Below are positions 23,773 to 37,400 of a DNA stretch of 64,000 nucleotides, piece after piece. A model generated the notes under the pieces. That model was not told the origin of the DNA. It saw only the letters and a program-made list of their open reading frames with translations, and made no database searches. Origin of the DNA: Oculina patagonica (taxonomy: Eukaryota); NCBI RefSeq assembly GCF_052425735.1, contig NC_135761.1, positions 47,368,001 to 47,432,000 of the forward strand, written 5' to 3'. How positions within the stretch are numbered: position 1 is the first letter of the stretch; the number at the start of each line of letters is the position of its first letter. The translations under genes were made by a program, and so were the position numbers.

Positions 23773-26700
23773 TCATAAGCTGGTTTGTGGGGAACCTTTT
23801 TCAGCGGCAGCAATGTTAAAAGTCTGAACAAGACGGGAGAAGACGCCATTCTTATTCTGAAGCAAAACTTCAGGTTTGTCAAACTCAACAACTCGTCCCT
23901 GCTCCATAACCAAAACTTTATCATAGTCCATGATGGTGTTCAATCGATGAGCAATGGTTACTACTGTGGAATCTTTAAATCTGTTGCGTATAACTTCTTG
24001 AATCAGTCTGTCGGTCTTGAAATCTACATTAGCAGTGGCTTCATCCAGGATGATAATCTTACTTCTTTGTAACAGCGCACGCGCTAAACAAAGCAATTGG
24101 CGCTCACCAACACTAAAGTTGTTTCCAGACTCTCTCAACTTGTACTCCAGCTGGTCAGGTAGTTGTTGTATCAGGGTCTTCAACTGAACATCTTCCAAAG
24201 CACGCCACAGATCAAGTTCTTGATACAAAGAGAAAGGGTCCAGGTTCTTCCTGAGGGTGCCGCTAAAGAGGACAGGATCCTGAGTTATTACGGCCATGGA
24301 CCTGCGAGACGCCTGTAGATTTAGATCCTTGATATTCACACCATCTATGATAACCTGTATAAAGAATGAAAAAACGTGTCAAATTACTTTCAAAGACAGA
24401 TAAAGTAATTAATGAGCATTATATTGCACGGACTCACTTTCAAGTGAATAATGTTCTATAAGAAGTGTCCCGATCTCTAGGATAATAAAAGTTGGTTGGT
24501 GAATATCCTTCTTCTTCGTCCATGTTGTAAGCTCTGTAAAATATCAATCTCAGTTTTAGGTAGTTTCCTTGCGAAGAATGAGGGTATTTACACATTTTAT
24601 TTTCGCAATTTTAGTTGCAAATTTTGAGTTTGCCGGCTTTTGAAAAACAAATACGCGGCTTTGATTGTTTCCATGGAGACTGTCGGTCAGTATTAGTGTC
24701 ACCAATTAGTGTGTAAAACGCTCAAACGATTGACACTTAAATAAAGTTTACTAATACTACATCCTGACAAAGAAAGAACAAATCAGAACGCTCGAAAGAC
24801 TTGCTTTGCCATATATTAAATAACAGTTCTTATATAATTACCTCGCCTTCAGGTTCTGGCATTCGAAACAAGGCCGACACTAAAGACGATTTCCCAGCTC
24901 CCGTGCGACCTGCAACACCAACTTTTTCCTTATCAGCAACATAGACGCTTATGTTGTTCAAAGTTGCTGGTGCTCCTTTCAAATATGCTAATGACAAGTC
25001 ACGTAATGTCAAGGTACCCGTTGTCGGCCACTCTTCTGAAGGAAGGGTTTTGGTGCTGTACCCAGGCTCTGGGTCGATTTCGGTGTATGTGAACACTCTT
25101 TCTACCGAGGTCATGTAATTTTCTGTTTCTGAGGCGACACGGATGCCATACTGTGATATTTCTAATGTTTCGGCCGCAAAGGTGAGGGACATACCTGCCA
25201 AAGCTAAAACAAGAGTAAACTATTTCTCTGTTTCATGTTATACTATATAAAACTAAACTATGCACTGTTCGATTAAAAAATAATTGAAAAAAATCCTTAG
25301 GACGACGGTTAGTTTATAATTAAATTCATGGTTACTAATAATGGTCAACTATAACAGGAAAACTAGCGAAGAATCTTCACCAGTGGAATTTTTTTTTTGA
25401 TATATCGTACAATCAAGCTGGTCTTCTTTAGGTGATTAATTATGGTGTGTGGCTGCTCTGGTTTATCCAGGCAGGGTCAAAAATAAAATTTTGTTGCCAT
25501 TTTGTTTATATGACACACTGCTGTATTTTACTCAAGACCATTTCATCGTCAGTTGATCATGATCTCTATAAATTACATAAACAATACATTTTGTAATCAT
25601 TGCAGGTCAGTCAGTTACAAGTACAATTACGATAAATATTGACGAAAGTAGCTGTACATTAAATACACAGACTATGTAATTAAAACAGGTATTGGTCAGG
25701 TTACGTTTTAAAAGTACGAATACAAAGCTAACACCAATTTCCAGTTGAACAAGCAAAAAAAAAAAGAAAAAACCTGGGGGGTCTCAATGTATAAAGTCCA
25801 CCAATATACTCGGTCTGTCAGATGATGACACTTACCTGGACTTTGTGTTGCAAATAATGCTCCGGCTGACACAGAGGTTACAAGAAAGTTACTTAAGACG
25901 TCTCCTCGAAGGGCAAGCCAACGTGTAGAGGCCTTCAATAATACCAGGGCTGCTGTGTTCTTGTCTTGATATCTAAAAAACCCTCTTAGCTTAATCAGGT
26001 TATGTGGCTGGTATTGACATTTTCGCATTTTAAAAACGTGTAATGGTGTTATCAATTTATGTCTGAGCAAACCCAGTTATAGACCCATCATTTCAACAGA
26101 GAATCCTGGTTACAAGCCGCAAACTCAAAGAATTCGCACTTCCTTGGTAAAGTTACGGTGTTAAAGTAGTTTCATTTATGACCTCTCTCTTATACCAGTT
26201 AATTGAACCCTATAAGCCCCTCCTTTTAACCAGTCTCTAAAAATAAAGTGGAATAAGCTTAATAAGCCGACAACGAGTTTTTAGTTTTTAATATAAGTAT
26301 ACTTACTGGTAAAATTTCCGAAGGAAATCGTCCTCCATCTCTGATGAGCGAATTACTTCCAACCCTGCCACAGTATCAGCAATAAGGGAGTACACTGGAC
26401 TGCATGTTAGTGCTTCAAGTCGTCTTATCTCCCGAGCGGATTTCAAATAATATTTAGCGAGGTAAATAAAAAATACTGTTAAGGGGGTACAAGTGATAAA
26501 AAGCCACACATTTGTCACCGCTGAAAGTATGGTAGCACTGAGAAAGTACAGGCACGATTGAGTGGCAAAAAGGAACTGTCCTGGAAGTAATGCGTCCATA
26601 CTCCCGATATCCTTAGAGAAGCGATTTAAGATGCGACCAACTGGGTTAGTATCAAAGAATAGAACCGGTGCTTTCATAACGGCTTTTGTCATCTGGTCAT

Positions 26701-29700
26701 GGAGGTTTTCTGAAGCCTTCAAAGCAACGAGGTAGAAACAGAAGGAGGATATTATCGTAAGAAGTAAGGAGACCGTTACAATGGATCCGTACACCACAAG
26801 CGTTGTGTAGCTCTTCTGTTGTTCAAACGGCATCTCAGACATCCGTGAGAGCCACCAATAGGGCGCAATCCAGAACACTGAAAGAGAAAACAAACGTGTA
26901 CATTAGATTTTGTTACCAGACCAATTACACATGGATTTTTGTGAAAGCAGTCGTGTCCTTTTTTTCGACTGAGTTGCGAATTAATAACAGTTGGAGACAC
27001 CAATCTTAAACAACTAAATGGCATGCATTTCTACTAGTGGAGTTCACGGGTCGATAGGGTGGGTGGCTGCTTTAGTGTCTTTTAGGATGACTCTAACCTT
27101 CATAAAAATGCTTGAAAGAGGTTAAATTTACGTACAAGCTTGAATGTGCGCTCAAGTCGAATTATTAGAACAAATGGAAAGCTTTTGAATCCAAGAATAA
27201 GAATAATATAATAATAATTTAATACTTATTCGCGCAAATTAGATATGATATGATCAAATGCGCCTACATCAAGTTAATTTAAAACTTTATTGAACAAGTA
27301 TGTCTTAATTGTTCGTTTAAAAAGATCGTAGCTTATCGATCTTATTCGATGTATTTATTCCACAGTCAGGGGCTGCATTTGAACGATCCCAAGAGTTTGT
27401 CGCGATCGAGGTTATTTGTTTTCTCTAATCTTGATAGTACAAAATAAGAGGGAAGCATAAATGCCGTAAAAGAGAATCAATTTTGTACTCGATACAACCG
27501 GAAGAAGTGAAGACGTTTAAAGTAGGTGATGTGGAATTAGGTGTCTGACTGACAACGGGCCGCACAATTAAAGTGAAGGTACCTGATGGATGCCACTGAG
27601 CTATGGGGGAATCGAATTTAACCTTGTAGCCTGACAGAACATTTATCAGATATAGAAATAGTATTAACACATGCATGGTTCACCGATAGCTCAGTAGTCT
27701 CCGACAACTCAGTAGTTCGAGACAGCAACTAGTATGTTCCTGGGTTCGACTCGCACTGGATATTCAGTATTTTTCATTTCTGAGTAATCTAATTTAAAAG
27801 TATATCTTTACTCGCAACTCTACGTTTATTTGGTGAGGTCTAGAAAGTGATGCAATAAATAGACTCCATGGCTTTAGAGGGGCTACACGAAACCTTTTGG
27901 ATTAGATGTACATTTTTAAAGACGAGTTTAGTAGAACTCAAGGTTTTATAGTTTCTTAACCAGTCTTATGAGAATAAACAAACGAACAAATAAACACACA
28001 CAAATACTAATTAGATGGTGTCACGACTCCTATTTGAATGAATTGTGTTAGTGGTGTAACTAGTATCCTTCATGTGCACTTTGTGTAACTTCGAAATGCA
28101 GGGAATATATAACTGTATTAAAACGTTTGCTTACCCTGTACAATAGCAAAGAAAACAATAAGGCCGATTATCAAAACTGTTGGAAGTGCAGCTTTCAAAT
28201 ACTTCCAGTACAACCACCACTTGACAGTTCCAACCATTCTGTCCTCTTCCTCTTCCTTCAGATCCACCCTGTCACGGTCTTCTTTAGCAGCATTCATCGA
28301 TTTGAATGTATTCTCCGTAAAATATGAAGAAATCTCGTTATTTTTATTCTCACCGTTGAGATCTTGTTTTGCTTGAGAAAGAAAACAGGAAGCCACTTGC
28401 TTGTTCTTTTCTATCCCACTATAAGTTCCTTGACAAACCACGGAGCCGTTCCGCAGCATAACAATGCTGTCTGTTTGTTTAAGAAACTGTAACTGATGAG
28501 TGACCAGAATACGTAACCTCCCCTCTAAGTACTCTTTGATGCATCTTTCAAACAAATGTTTGCCGACTTTGGCATCTACGGCGCTGAGTGGGTCATCCAA
28601 TAAGTAAATGTCCGCATCTGAGTAGATTGCGCGTGCCAGACTCACTCGTGCACGCTGACCACCACTTAGAATCACTCCACGTTGTCCAATCTCAGTAAGG
28701 TCATGTTTTGTAAAGTGTGCTATATCTTTCTGCAAGTCACAGACTTCGATGACCTTGGTGTATTTTTGTTCATCAAATTGGTTACCAAAAACTATGTTCT
28801 CTCGCACAGTGCCAGAATAGACCCAAGGCGTTTGGGAGATATAAGCTACTTTTCCAATACAAGAGATTTTTCCAGAGGAGATTGGAAGTTCTCCTAAGAT
28901 AGTCATTAGCAAAGACGTTTTGCCGCTTCCAACTGGCCCTGTTATGCCAACAAGTTGCCCATTAGTAGCACTCAATGATACATTCCGTAATGCAGGACGA
29001 TCTGAAATTTGGCTCCAAAAACATGAAATGTTCTCGATAAATACCTGTGGTTGGATGTGCTCAGAGGTCTGTTCAAGTTTCCGAGCACTAACCAAGGCCG
29101 GTCTTCCCTTTCTAAAACTTTCAATCCTTATAAATTGTGGTTTATTCCTTCTACCTTTGAAGTGAACATCTAAAGGAGACGGTTTGTCTTTGTGATCCAT
29201 TTTGCGTGTTAAGATCGCTTTCTTTTCTATCAAGCGTTGCATCCTATTGCATGCAGTTCTTGCATCCGCAATAAAGTGTAGTGCTTCTGCTATAAAAACC
29301 GTGACGATGAATTGGATGTTTGATAAGATAGAAATTAGGGTAAAGATTTTTAACGACGTGAGTGGATGTTTTGTAAAAAGCATTACTGTGATTGAAACGA
29401 ATCCTGCCATGGCAGAGCTGGTGAAGAACAAGGCGTAGATACTTGAGATCATGAATCCTCGGATGCGAAACAAGGAGATTTCCTTTCTGTTCAAAAGAAA
29501 ATTGTAACATTTACTTGACTTATCGAGCTCTAAATGAAACATATTTTTACCAATACTTGAACAGCTGGGTTTATGCCTGATAATACCGTTTTTAGAACTT
29601 TAAATTGTGTCAAAACCTCAAAAACTATTTCTAGGCAAGATATTTGAATCTATTTCTGTGGTGTTCCTTAACGCTAACCCTAAACACTCTCTCTCAGCAA

Positions 29701-32422
29701 GCATCTTGAAAAAGGGGCTCATTTTCAGCGTGCTTTTAGAAATCCGCGAATCCAGTCGTCATGAGAGAGTCAGCACGGCCTCACCTTGTTTACTATTTGG
29801 TGATTAGAAAGGCGAGAATGCAGCCCAACAATCAAATAAAGCATTTGTACGAACCTCCTTATTTGTGAAACCAGATCCCTGAAATTCCATTCCCAGGCGT
29901 ACATTTTAACTACGCGAATTCCTGTAATGATCTCTTTCATCATCTCCAATCGTTTGTCGGTTACTGCGGCTGATTGGTGACGAACCTTCCCAGTCTTATG
30001 AGCTGCAAACGATCCATACGCAACCACAAGAAGAAAGAAAGAAGCTCCTGTTAAGGCTTGCCATGCCAATAAGTACCAAAGAAGAGCCATGGAGATAACG
30101 AGGTCCAGTGGAGCAAATGGAAATACAAAACCGGGGAGACTCAACTGTTCGATAGCTTGAGCATCGTTGGAAACCAAGTTGATGGTGTTTTCTGAAATGG
30201 TGTCTTGTAAAGTACCTCTATTAAGATTAAGGATCTAGAAAATAAAAGTCAATATAGAAGAAATTCCAGAAATTTTCCTTTTAAGGTCGGGACACACTAG
30301 GCGACAAATCGCAGCGACAGGTTTCTGCAACAAGTCGCGCCGTGTGTACTGCTTCAAATAAGTCGCTGCGACAAGGCGCTTGTTCGGTGTACACGCAGCG
30401 AATTTGGAAGAGTGGGAATGTGAACTAGTTTGTCGCAGCGACTCGACGCAGAAGTGTGCACACGCTGCGACAACGCTTTTTTCGCTCATTTTGTCGCTGC
30501 GATCAGTTGTACGAATTCAAACTGGTTTGAATTTGTGCGACTGATCGCAGCGAAAAAATTCTGTCGAAGCGACAAAGATTGTGGCAAAAATGCACCATGT
30601 CACACCAGACAACATGTTGCAGCAACTTGTCTCCGCGAAATGTTGCAGCGACTTGTCGCCCTTAACTAAAACGTCATATCTTTATCGCGCGCACCTAAGA
30701 TACTATTAAAATTGTTTTACATGTAAAGATATTGATGTGGTTATGGTTGATTACATAATAAGCCTATACCCGGAGAGCTTACTGTCAGGCGCGTACTCAT
30801 TTTATTCAGAAAATGGCTCTAAGGTGTAAAGATACTGTGTGGCTACCTGTGACACTTCTTTAACGAGCAGCCAATGTTTCAAATTTATCTGTTTTTTATA
30901 TAAGAACTTCTCGTTTTCGGCCGAGGCTGAACGATCTATAATTTTCGACAATTTAAGCCTTAAAACTTTTTATTTCATTTTTTCTAAATTAAAAAAAGGT
31001 GGTATTTCAATGGCCTTGGATACGTTTATAATAGAATGCTTCAGAGTTTGAGCGATTTTAGCCTCAACGTTGTCATAAGGAAGGTTCCTATATAAAAAAA
31101 GCCTCCTAGCGTTTTTAAAGGAAGAACATGCAGAAAAATTTGTTGAGGCCCGATAGTTTTGTTGAAATTTTCATCATGGGTGAAGAAAATGCAAACAAGA
31201 AAGAAAAAGTACGAAAAAAATACAACTTGAAAACTTGTCGAGAAGTATCTGGTCGAAAAGCGTCACGAAATCAGAGAAATTGAGAAGATCGCTCCAACTG
31301 GACCAACTGAGTTAGACAGCTACTTCATCCAGTTTGTTTTAGCTGCAAAGGACTAAAGCAGGATATGATTTAGAACAGCTATCTCTCCACGGAATTTTTT
31401 CTAGGGGTTGAACAACATTTGAGTCGTTCTGGTGACTGAGCTATCGTTAAAGACAGTGATTTCCAAAAAACTAGAGTCGCGTGGAAAGCGGAATGGAGGC
31501 GAAAACAGACCAAACGCCAAACAAGGAAATCGAAATTTATTTGAAATAGTTGGTCTGTGTAAATGTACAGAACAAATAAAACTCTGTTGGGAGACTGTTT
31601 ATAAAACCGAAAAACCAAAAACAGTATTAGAATTGATTTTTAGCCTCTCTTAAAGAGAAGATAAATTTTGAGTTTTGGACTGCTTTCCTTTATTGTATAT
31701 TACAAAAATTAGAGTATTCGCCCTCGTTTTCTAGTCAACTGTGCTGCGTCTCGTTGAATCTTCTCTTAAAGAGAAGATGGAATTTTTCGGTAAAGGCTAG
31801 GGTAGTAATATCAGAAGCCTAGAAATATTCATGTCGAAGAAATATGTACAATTGGTTACTTTGCCTTTTTTGGAACACTTTTTAAAGACTAAGATACATT
31901 ACTTGCCTTTTTGTACACAAGTCCAATCATCGCCGCTTTCAGTCTAGACGTTATCATTTCCGCCTTAAACATCCCGTGACTTAAGCATAGAGATCTTGCA
32001 ATGGCGACCAGAGAAATGCCGATGACAAACGGCAGTGTTGCCTTGTAACTCATCTCTGAAGATGTAGATATGCTTCTCAAGAAGAACCATATGATCACAG
32101 GAAAAACATTCAACGCTATTGTATAGCAAAACCTGATGAACGCCATTGCAATATAATCTCTGCAGGGAATAATTCTCATCATGGCTTTCCACAGGCGAGG
32201 CTTTGTTCTGCTTTGTTCAGACGATCTTTCTTCTGCCAGCCATTCCCTTTCCAAGTCAGCGACCAATCTTTCTGTTTGGTGTGAAGTTTCGACTGCAAAT
32301 AAGTGTTTCTCTTCCAATGGTTGTTTGCTCCCAAGTTTGAGAACATGGCTTATCCAGGAGAAAGTCAACAGCGAGAGGGAACTTGCTTTCTCTCTTGGAT
32401 TCCGAACCGGGGCATCCTCCAT
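23773..32422 (-). CDS. ABCC4: ABCC4/MRP4-like ABC exporter, copy B (7 coding exons, 1299 aa, ends -QTSL)
   Basis: Exons 32422-31907, 30234-29855, 29486-28135, 26877-26307, 25972-25836, 25203-24842 and 24354-23773 total 3900 nt. Splice positions, phases and motifs are the same as in copy A. Confidence 0.93.
30284..30661. mobile_element. PIF/Harbinger-like MITE, right end partly deleted
   Basis: GGCGACAAATCGCAGCG and GCAGCGACTTGTCGCC arms, TTAA/TAA flanks and many GTCGCWGCGAC repeats. It is absent from the copy A intron near 8495. Confidence 0.72.
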
Positions 32423-33046
32423 CACTCCCTCTATTTGGCCTGTTACGGAAACCTGTAGTTAATGAAAACAATGGGAGAAAAAGACAACCAACGTTACAAA
32501 GAGGTATAAAGAGTGTGTCCAAAGAACCTCATTTTTAGGAAACCCAGTCTGCCCACTTTTTTTTAAGCGACCCCGTAACATGAACTTCAGGTCTACACGA
32601 ATTCTCTGTTAGTGACACAAGTATAGATTTTGCTGCATTATAAGAAGTATTTCTAAATGAAACCATTCCAAAGTGGTCAAGTCCTGTGAATTTAAGCTGG
32701 TGGATTTTTCGCGCACGTTAGTTCCTGCCTGTCCGGCCTTTTATCTTATGTAGTTTGAAATCTTTGAAATTTGCCATTTGTTTTTTAGTCTCTCTTGGCC
32801 GATTTCTATCGCAAGACACTACTGTTCTCTAATTAAGACCTGAAATATTCTATGAAGGATGTGAATCTCTTGCATTTTTAGTGACACCAGGCCTGGCTGT
32901 TTGATTAAAGCTGACATGCGTCGCCTCGCTCAAGTTTCCTCATAGACAACTGCACCAGCATAATCAATCAGTATTCGTGGAAAGAGTTAAAAACAATCAC
33001 GTTCTTTCCAAGCCGGTGGGAAGTTTTTCACTGATAACATCTGTAA

Positions 33047-33097
33047 AAGCCATTTTCGTAGCGGGAGCGAATGAGAGGCGGCTGTATTCGCAGGCTA
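33047..33097. mobile_element. 51-bp one-ended TIR-element remnant with 9-bp TSD
   Basis: CATCTGTAA at 33038-33046 and 33098-33106; ends in CGCAGGCTA. Copy A (~4065) has the empty site. Confidence 0.65.
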
Positions 33098-33964
33098 CAT
33101 CTGTAAGGGATCTTTCTGTTCTTCACGAAAGGAATCGAGCTTTAGATGCGAATGTTCGCAGGCATTCATTCGCTCCCTCGCCCCAAGCCCCTAGCGACTC
33201 GCCGCCCCCGCTAATCCTGGTTTTCGTGCTGCTCTCAACTAGCCGAACGCCTGGAACAGGCTAACAACAAGGTTAGTGGCGTTAGTGTTGCAAAGGCTAA
33301 CATGTCAATCATAACTGTCTACTAACGAAATCAGTGTCAATCAATGGATTTAAATAGGAAAACACTAATTGTCCATTATCAAACACGAGAAATATCCCTG
33401 AGGCGATATGTTAATTTCTAAGACTGACTAAAGACTGATGCCGCATAAGTAATAAGAATTTTTAATGAACGTTATTGCAGTCTGCACAGTCGGTTCTGGA
33501 CGTTCTGAGCTAAACCAATGCAACATAAACATTAAAGCTTAAATACATTCAAAGCGGCTGTATAGTTAAAAATAGTTTAACAATGTAAATGTGTGACTCA
33601 AAGTATTAAACCACAAGTATTGAACTGCTCATTTCAACCGTGTAAAATTTAACCCAGCTGCATTTGTGAGCGACTTTCAATTTTGAAGTTTTGTTCGACC
33701 GAAGATGTCATAAAGCTACATATTGAGGTGTTAATCATACATGCCATATGATGTCATAGATGAAACTGTCGGGATGTTATATTACTTCATTGATATTCCA
33801 CTAAAAAAGACAAAAATCATTTCAATAATACTAACAGCTACAGATGATGCAATAGACATTTGAATATAGTAAGTGTTTGTTGCCACTTCTACACTCAGAG
33901 TAAAATGTGACGTTTGACTCAACAACACAGCAATGAAACATGGCTATCATTTCAGCTACAAATC

Positions 33965-34075
33965 ACTCACCTCACGTGCACGAAAATCAGCTTTTCTAAT
34001 GGCGTAAAAATATCACAGCACTTTACATAAACACAGTAAAATGTCATGTTCCGGTTTACTAACCAACTGGAACTC
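33965..34075 (-). promoter_or_regulatory. Putative promoter block and non-coding first exon of copy B
   Basis: Same 29-mer at 34075-34047; donor GAG|GTGAGT at 33971/33970; acceptor at 32453/32452. Confidence 0.6.
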
Positions 34076-34377
34076 GACACTAAAATGAATGTATTAAAAA
34101 ATAAAGAAATGAGAAAAAACAACGTTGCCGCTGGATGACGAGAATGGATCCTTTACGTTTTTTTTTATTTTTAACCGTGTATAAATTAATGTTAAAAGAA
34201 AGAAAAGAAAAGAAAAATCACGTAATGAACGTTGGCATTAAGCTTGTCAACAACATCAAGGTATTTCAATTACCGGATTAGGCGATTTTGAAACCTTTTT
34301 TATTATGTATAATGAGTAAGTAAGAGAAACCCATCCCGTAAATACAATGTATGTCGTGTGAAGAAGAAGAAAGAATT

Positions 34378-34450
34378 GCCCTGAGCGGGATTTAAACCCA
34401 CGTCCCCCTGAACACCGGTTGGGTGTGATGACCACTACACTATCAGGTCA
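34378..34450 (-). mobile_element. Degenerate tRNA-SINE head
   Basis: On the minus strand: TAGTGTAGTGGTCATCACAC...GTGGGTTTAAATCCCGCTCAGGGC. Confidence 0.55.
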
Positions 34451-37400
34451 ACCACGCTGGCAACGCAGTTATTTTAGATAGTGATTAGACCGTACGTGGT
34501 ATCCCGGGATTATGTATATACGAATTGCTGCAGTGATCGATCGTAAATACCCTAAAATACAAACCTTTTTGCCGTGGTAGAACTTACAAACTTAACATGT
34601 TCGAGTAAATATGATCAAGGTTATTTGAAATGGCTGATTTTGGTGTGTTAAAACTTAACAATTTATTCACTGTGCCAACTAAGGGGTCTCTAATAATTCT
34701 TGTATCTTTGATTAATATATATATTAACCAACTGGATAGAAATGTATACACCTTTAAAAAACTATTTTTAAAGAAGCACTTGAGTGTGTTGTATAATTAT
34801 ATTCAAATGCCCACCTTCAAATACAAACCAAGATTTAATGCTTACTATGAAATAAGCATGCTTTCCCGCACTGATCCCCATTCCAAAAGAATAAATGAAA
34901 ATAAAGGTCTGAAGTGTGTGTAATATTGCAGTGAAATACAATGCAATGCAATTTAATGTTATGCTGCAGAGAAAAATAATGCAATTGACAACAGTATGTG
35001 CATCTTTACACAATGGTTTATTAACAGTTAGTCTGGACATCAGCATACAAGGGGGCTGCTCTCAAATAAAATAAATAACGCTGCAAGGGTATTTAATGAC
35101 TTTTGTCCTCATTTCTTTTATCAGGCAACAGTGAATGCCTTGAAAGGACTTTTGCAGATGTTATTTGATTTTAAATAGATTAAATCTGAACTATGTGGAG
35201 TTGTACTTTCCTGTGCAAAAACAAATGTTGCAAGTACAAATTATGACTGTGCATACATATGGTTGTGATGTTTCTCGCTATATTTGTTATATCTCATCCC
35301 AATTGAAGTTTCCAAAAAGAAGCAATTCTGACTGAATTGCAAAGGTGTTTTAAGCCTGGCTGCAAATGCCTATGTGCCAAACAGGAAGGGGATTCTGTGA
35401 GGCCTTCACGGTAAGAAGTTATTATATAAACGTATACTTCTTGGTATATTTTTGGTTATTTGCAGAAGAGAATATTCATCTAGTCCAAATAAATGCTTGC
35501 TCACCTATTTTTTGCCAAAAAAATCCCCTATACTCATTGTTGAATGTTAAAGTTCCAGTGGGAAGGTAGTTTACCCTAGTTTAGGCATTGGGATGTTGCT
35601 GAGGGCTTAAGATGCAGTCTCTCATATTTAAGACAAGCAAAAAACTACAAATATATACCCAGTGATACCTACCCTACCCTACACTGAAAAAACATTTATA
35701 TTGGTATTAAACTATTAGTGGCGCTCTACAGCGGCCCGAAGGGCCGCAGAGCAGAGCCCCATACGCATAGAAAATTAACGGACCCATGCTTTTGGTTTTT
35801 CATGGTCGTCATGGCTAGCGGAGCGCCTCGCGGGCGCGTCCGTCCGTACGTACATACATACATACATACATATCGTGTCGCGCAACATCCGGGATCTTAG
35901 AAGGTCTTGACAACTCGCGCAGTACTGGCGCGAAATAATTTTGCAGTGTGAAGTGTCTCGGCAAGGAGATTTTCAAAACTACTTCGCAGACTACGTATTT
36001 TTGAATCCTTTTCTGAAAGTTAGAACTTGAGACAAACATATTTGTTTTGGCTCGTTGTTATGCCGATGACTACAAACGAGAGCAGGGTAAACTTAACTTC
36101 GAAGAAATAGGGTTGAAGCGATCTACGACGGGAAAGAGTGGAGAGAAGGAGAACCCGGAAAATGAACAGGCGAGCAAGCTGAAGACAGAAGAGAGGGCCG
36201 ATAACACAGGCAAAGAAATAGCAGAGAACAAGGGAACGGATACAAAACGAGCAGTGTACTGGTGAAGGTGAGTACAAAACCTCAGTGTTTTCGTCATTAC
36301 AGTACGTATTTTCTTACTTTATACGCAAAGTAAGCTTATATTTACAGCAAATTTTACTTGCTTTCGCCACTTAACTAAGCATTTGCTTGTGACATGACAA
36401 ATGTTGAAAAATACCATTCGTTAAAATTCCGTTTTACTGTTCAAAGAGGAGAACTTGACAGCTGATGTCAACAAATAATTATTAGGCCTTCGAGGAACGA
36501 ATTCACAAAGAATATTGATCAACACATTTCGAAGAAAATTTAGCTTACGATTTTTAAATGCTTGTGATGTGATTGCTTTGTTATTTTGCATTTGATTGTG
36601 ACATGGCTAATGTTGAAAAATACTATTCGTTAAAATTCAGTTTTACTGTTCAAATAGGAAAATTTGATTACTGATGTCAACAAAGGAAGCTTATACATTG
36701 TGTATTTACGGCAAATTTTACTTGCTTTCGCCACTTAACTAAGCATTTGCTTGTGTCATGACTAATGTTGAAAAATACCATTCGTTAAAATTCCGTTTTA
36801 CTGTTCAAAGAGGAGAATTTGATTACTGATGTCAACAAATAATTATAAGGCCTTCGATGAACGAATTCAGAAAGAATATTGCTTACGATTTTTGAATGCT
36901 TGTGATGTGATTATTTTGTTTTACAGTGCTGGAAGGCTAGAGCAGCTGCTGGAATTTCAAGACTAAAATTAGTGACTTGTCAGTTTGCACGAAGCACCTG
37001 GAATTTCATTAACTCCGAGTGAAAAAGATCGATTCAGTGCATGCAGTTTATTGATATTCGTGATTGAGGTAAAATTTCTGTTCATTTCTAATCAGAGTAA
37101 ATAAACACCGGCTTCATTGCTTAGCCCTTTCATTTTCAAATATATTAAAGAGTGACTTGTCATGTAGTTCTGTTCACTATTGAGTGTTCATGCGGATGAC
37201 ATATCTGAGTCCTGAATGATTAACTTATAAGTTCAACAATTTTGAGGTTTGAGAAACCCTCAACCCTTTGGTTCTGTTTTGCTGGTTTCATTCAGAATGT
37301 CAACAGTAAATAATATATTTGTACATGTCATGAAACTTCCTAATCTTGTTGTGGAACTTGGAAAATGCACACAAGTAAGGTTAACCTGGAATTTTTTTGA

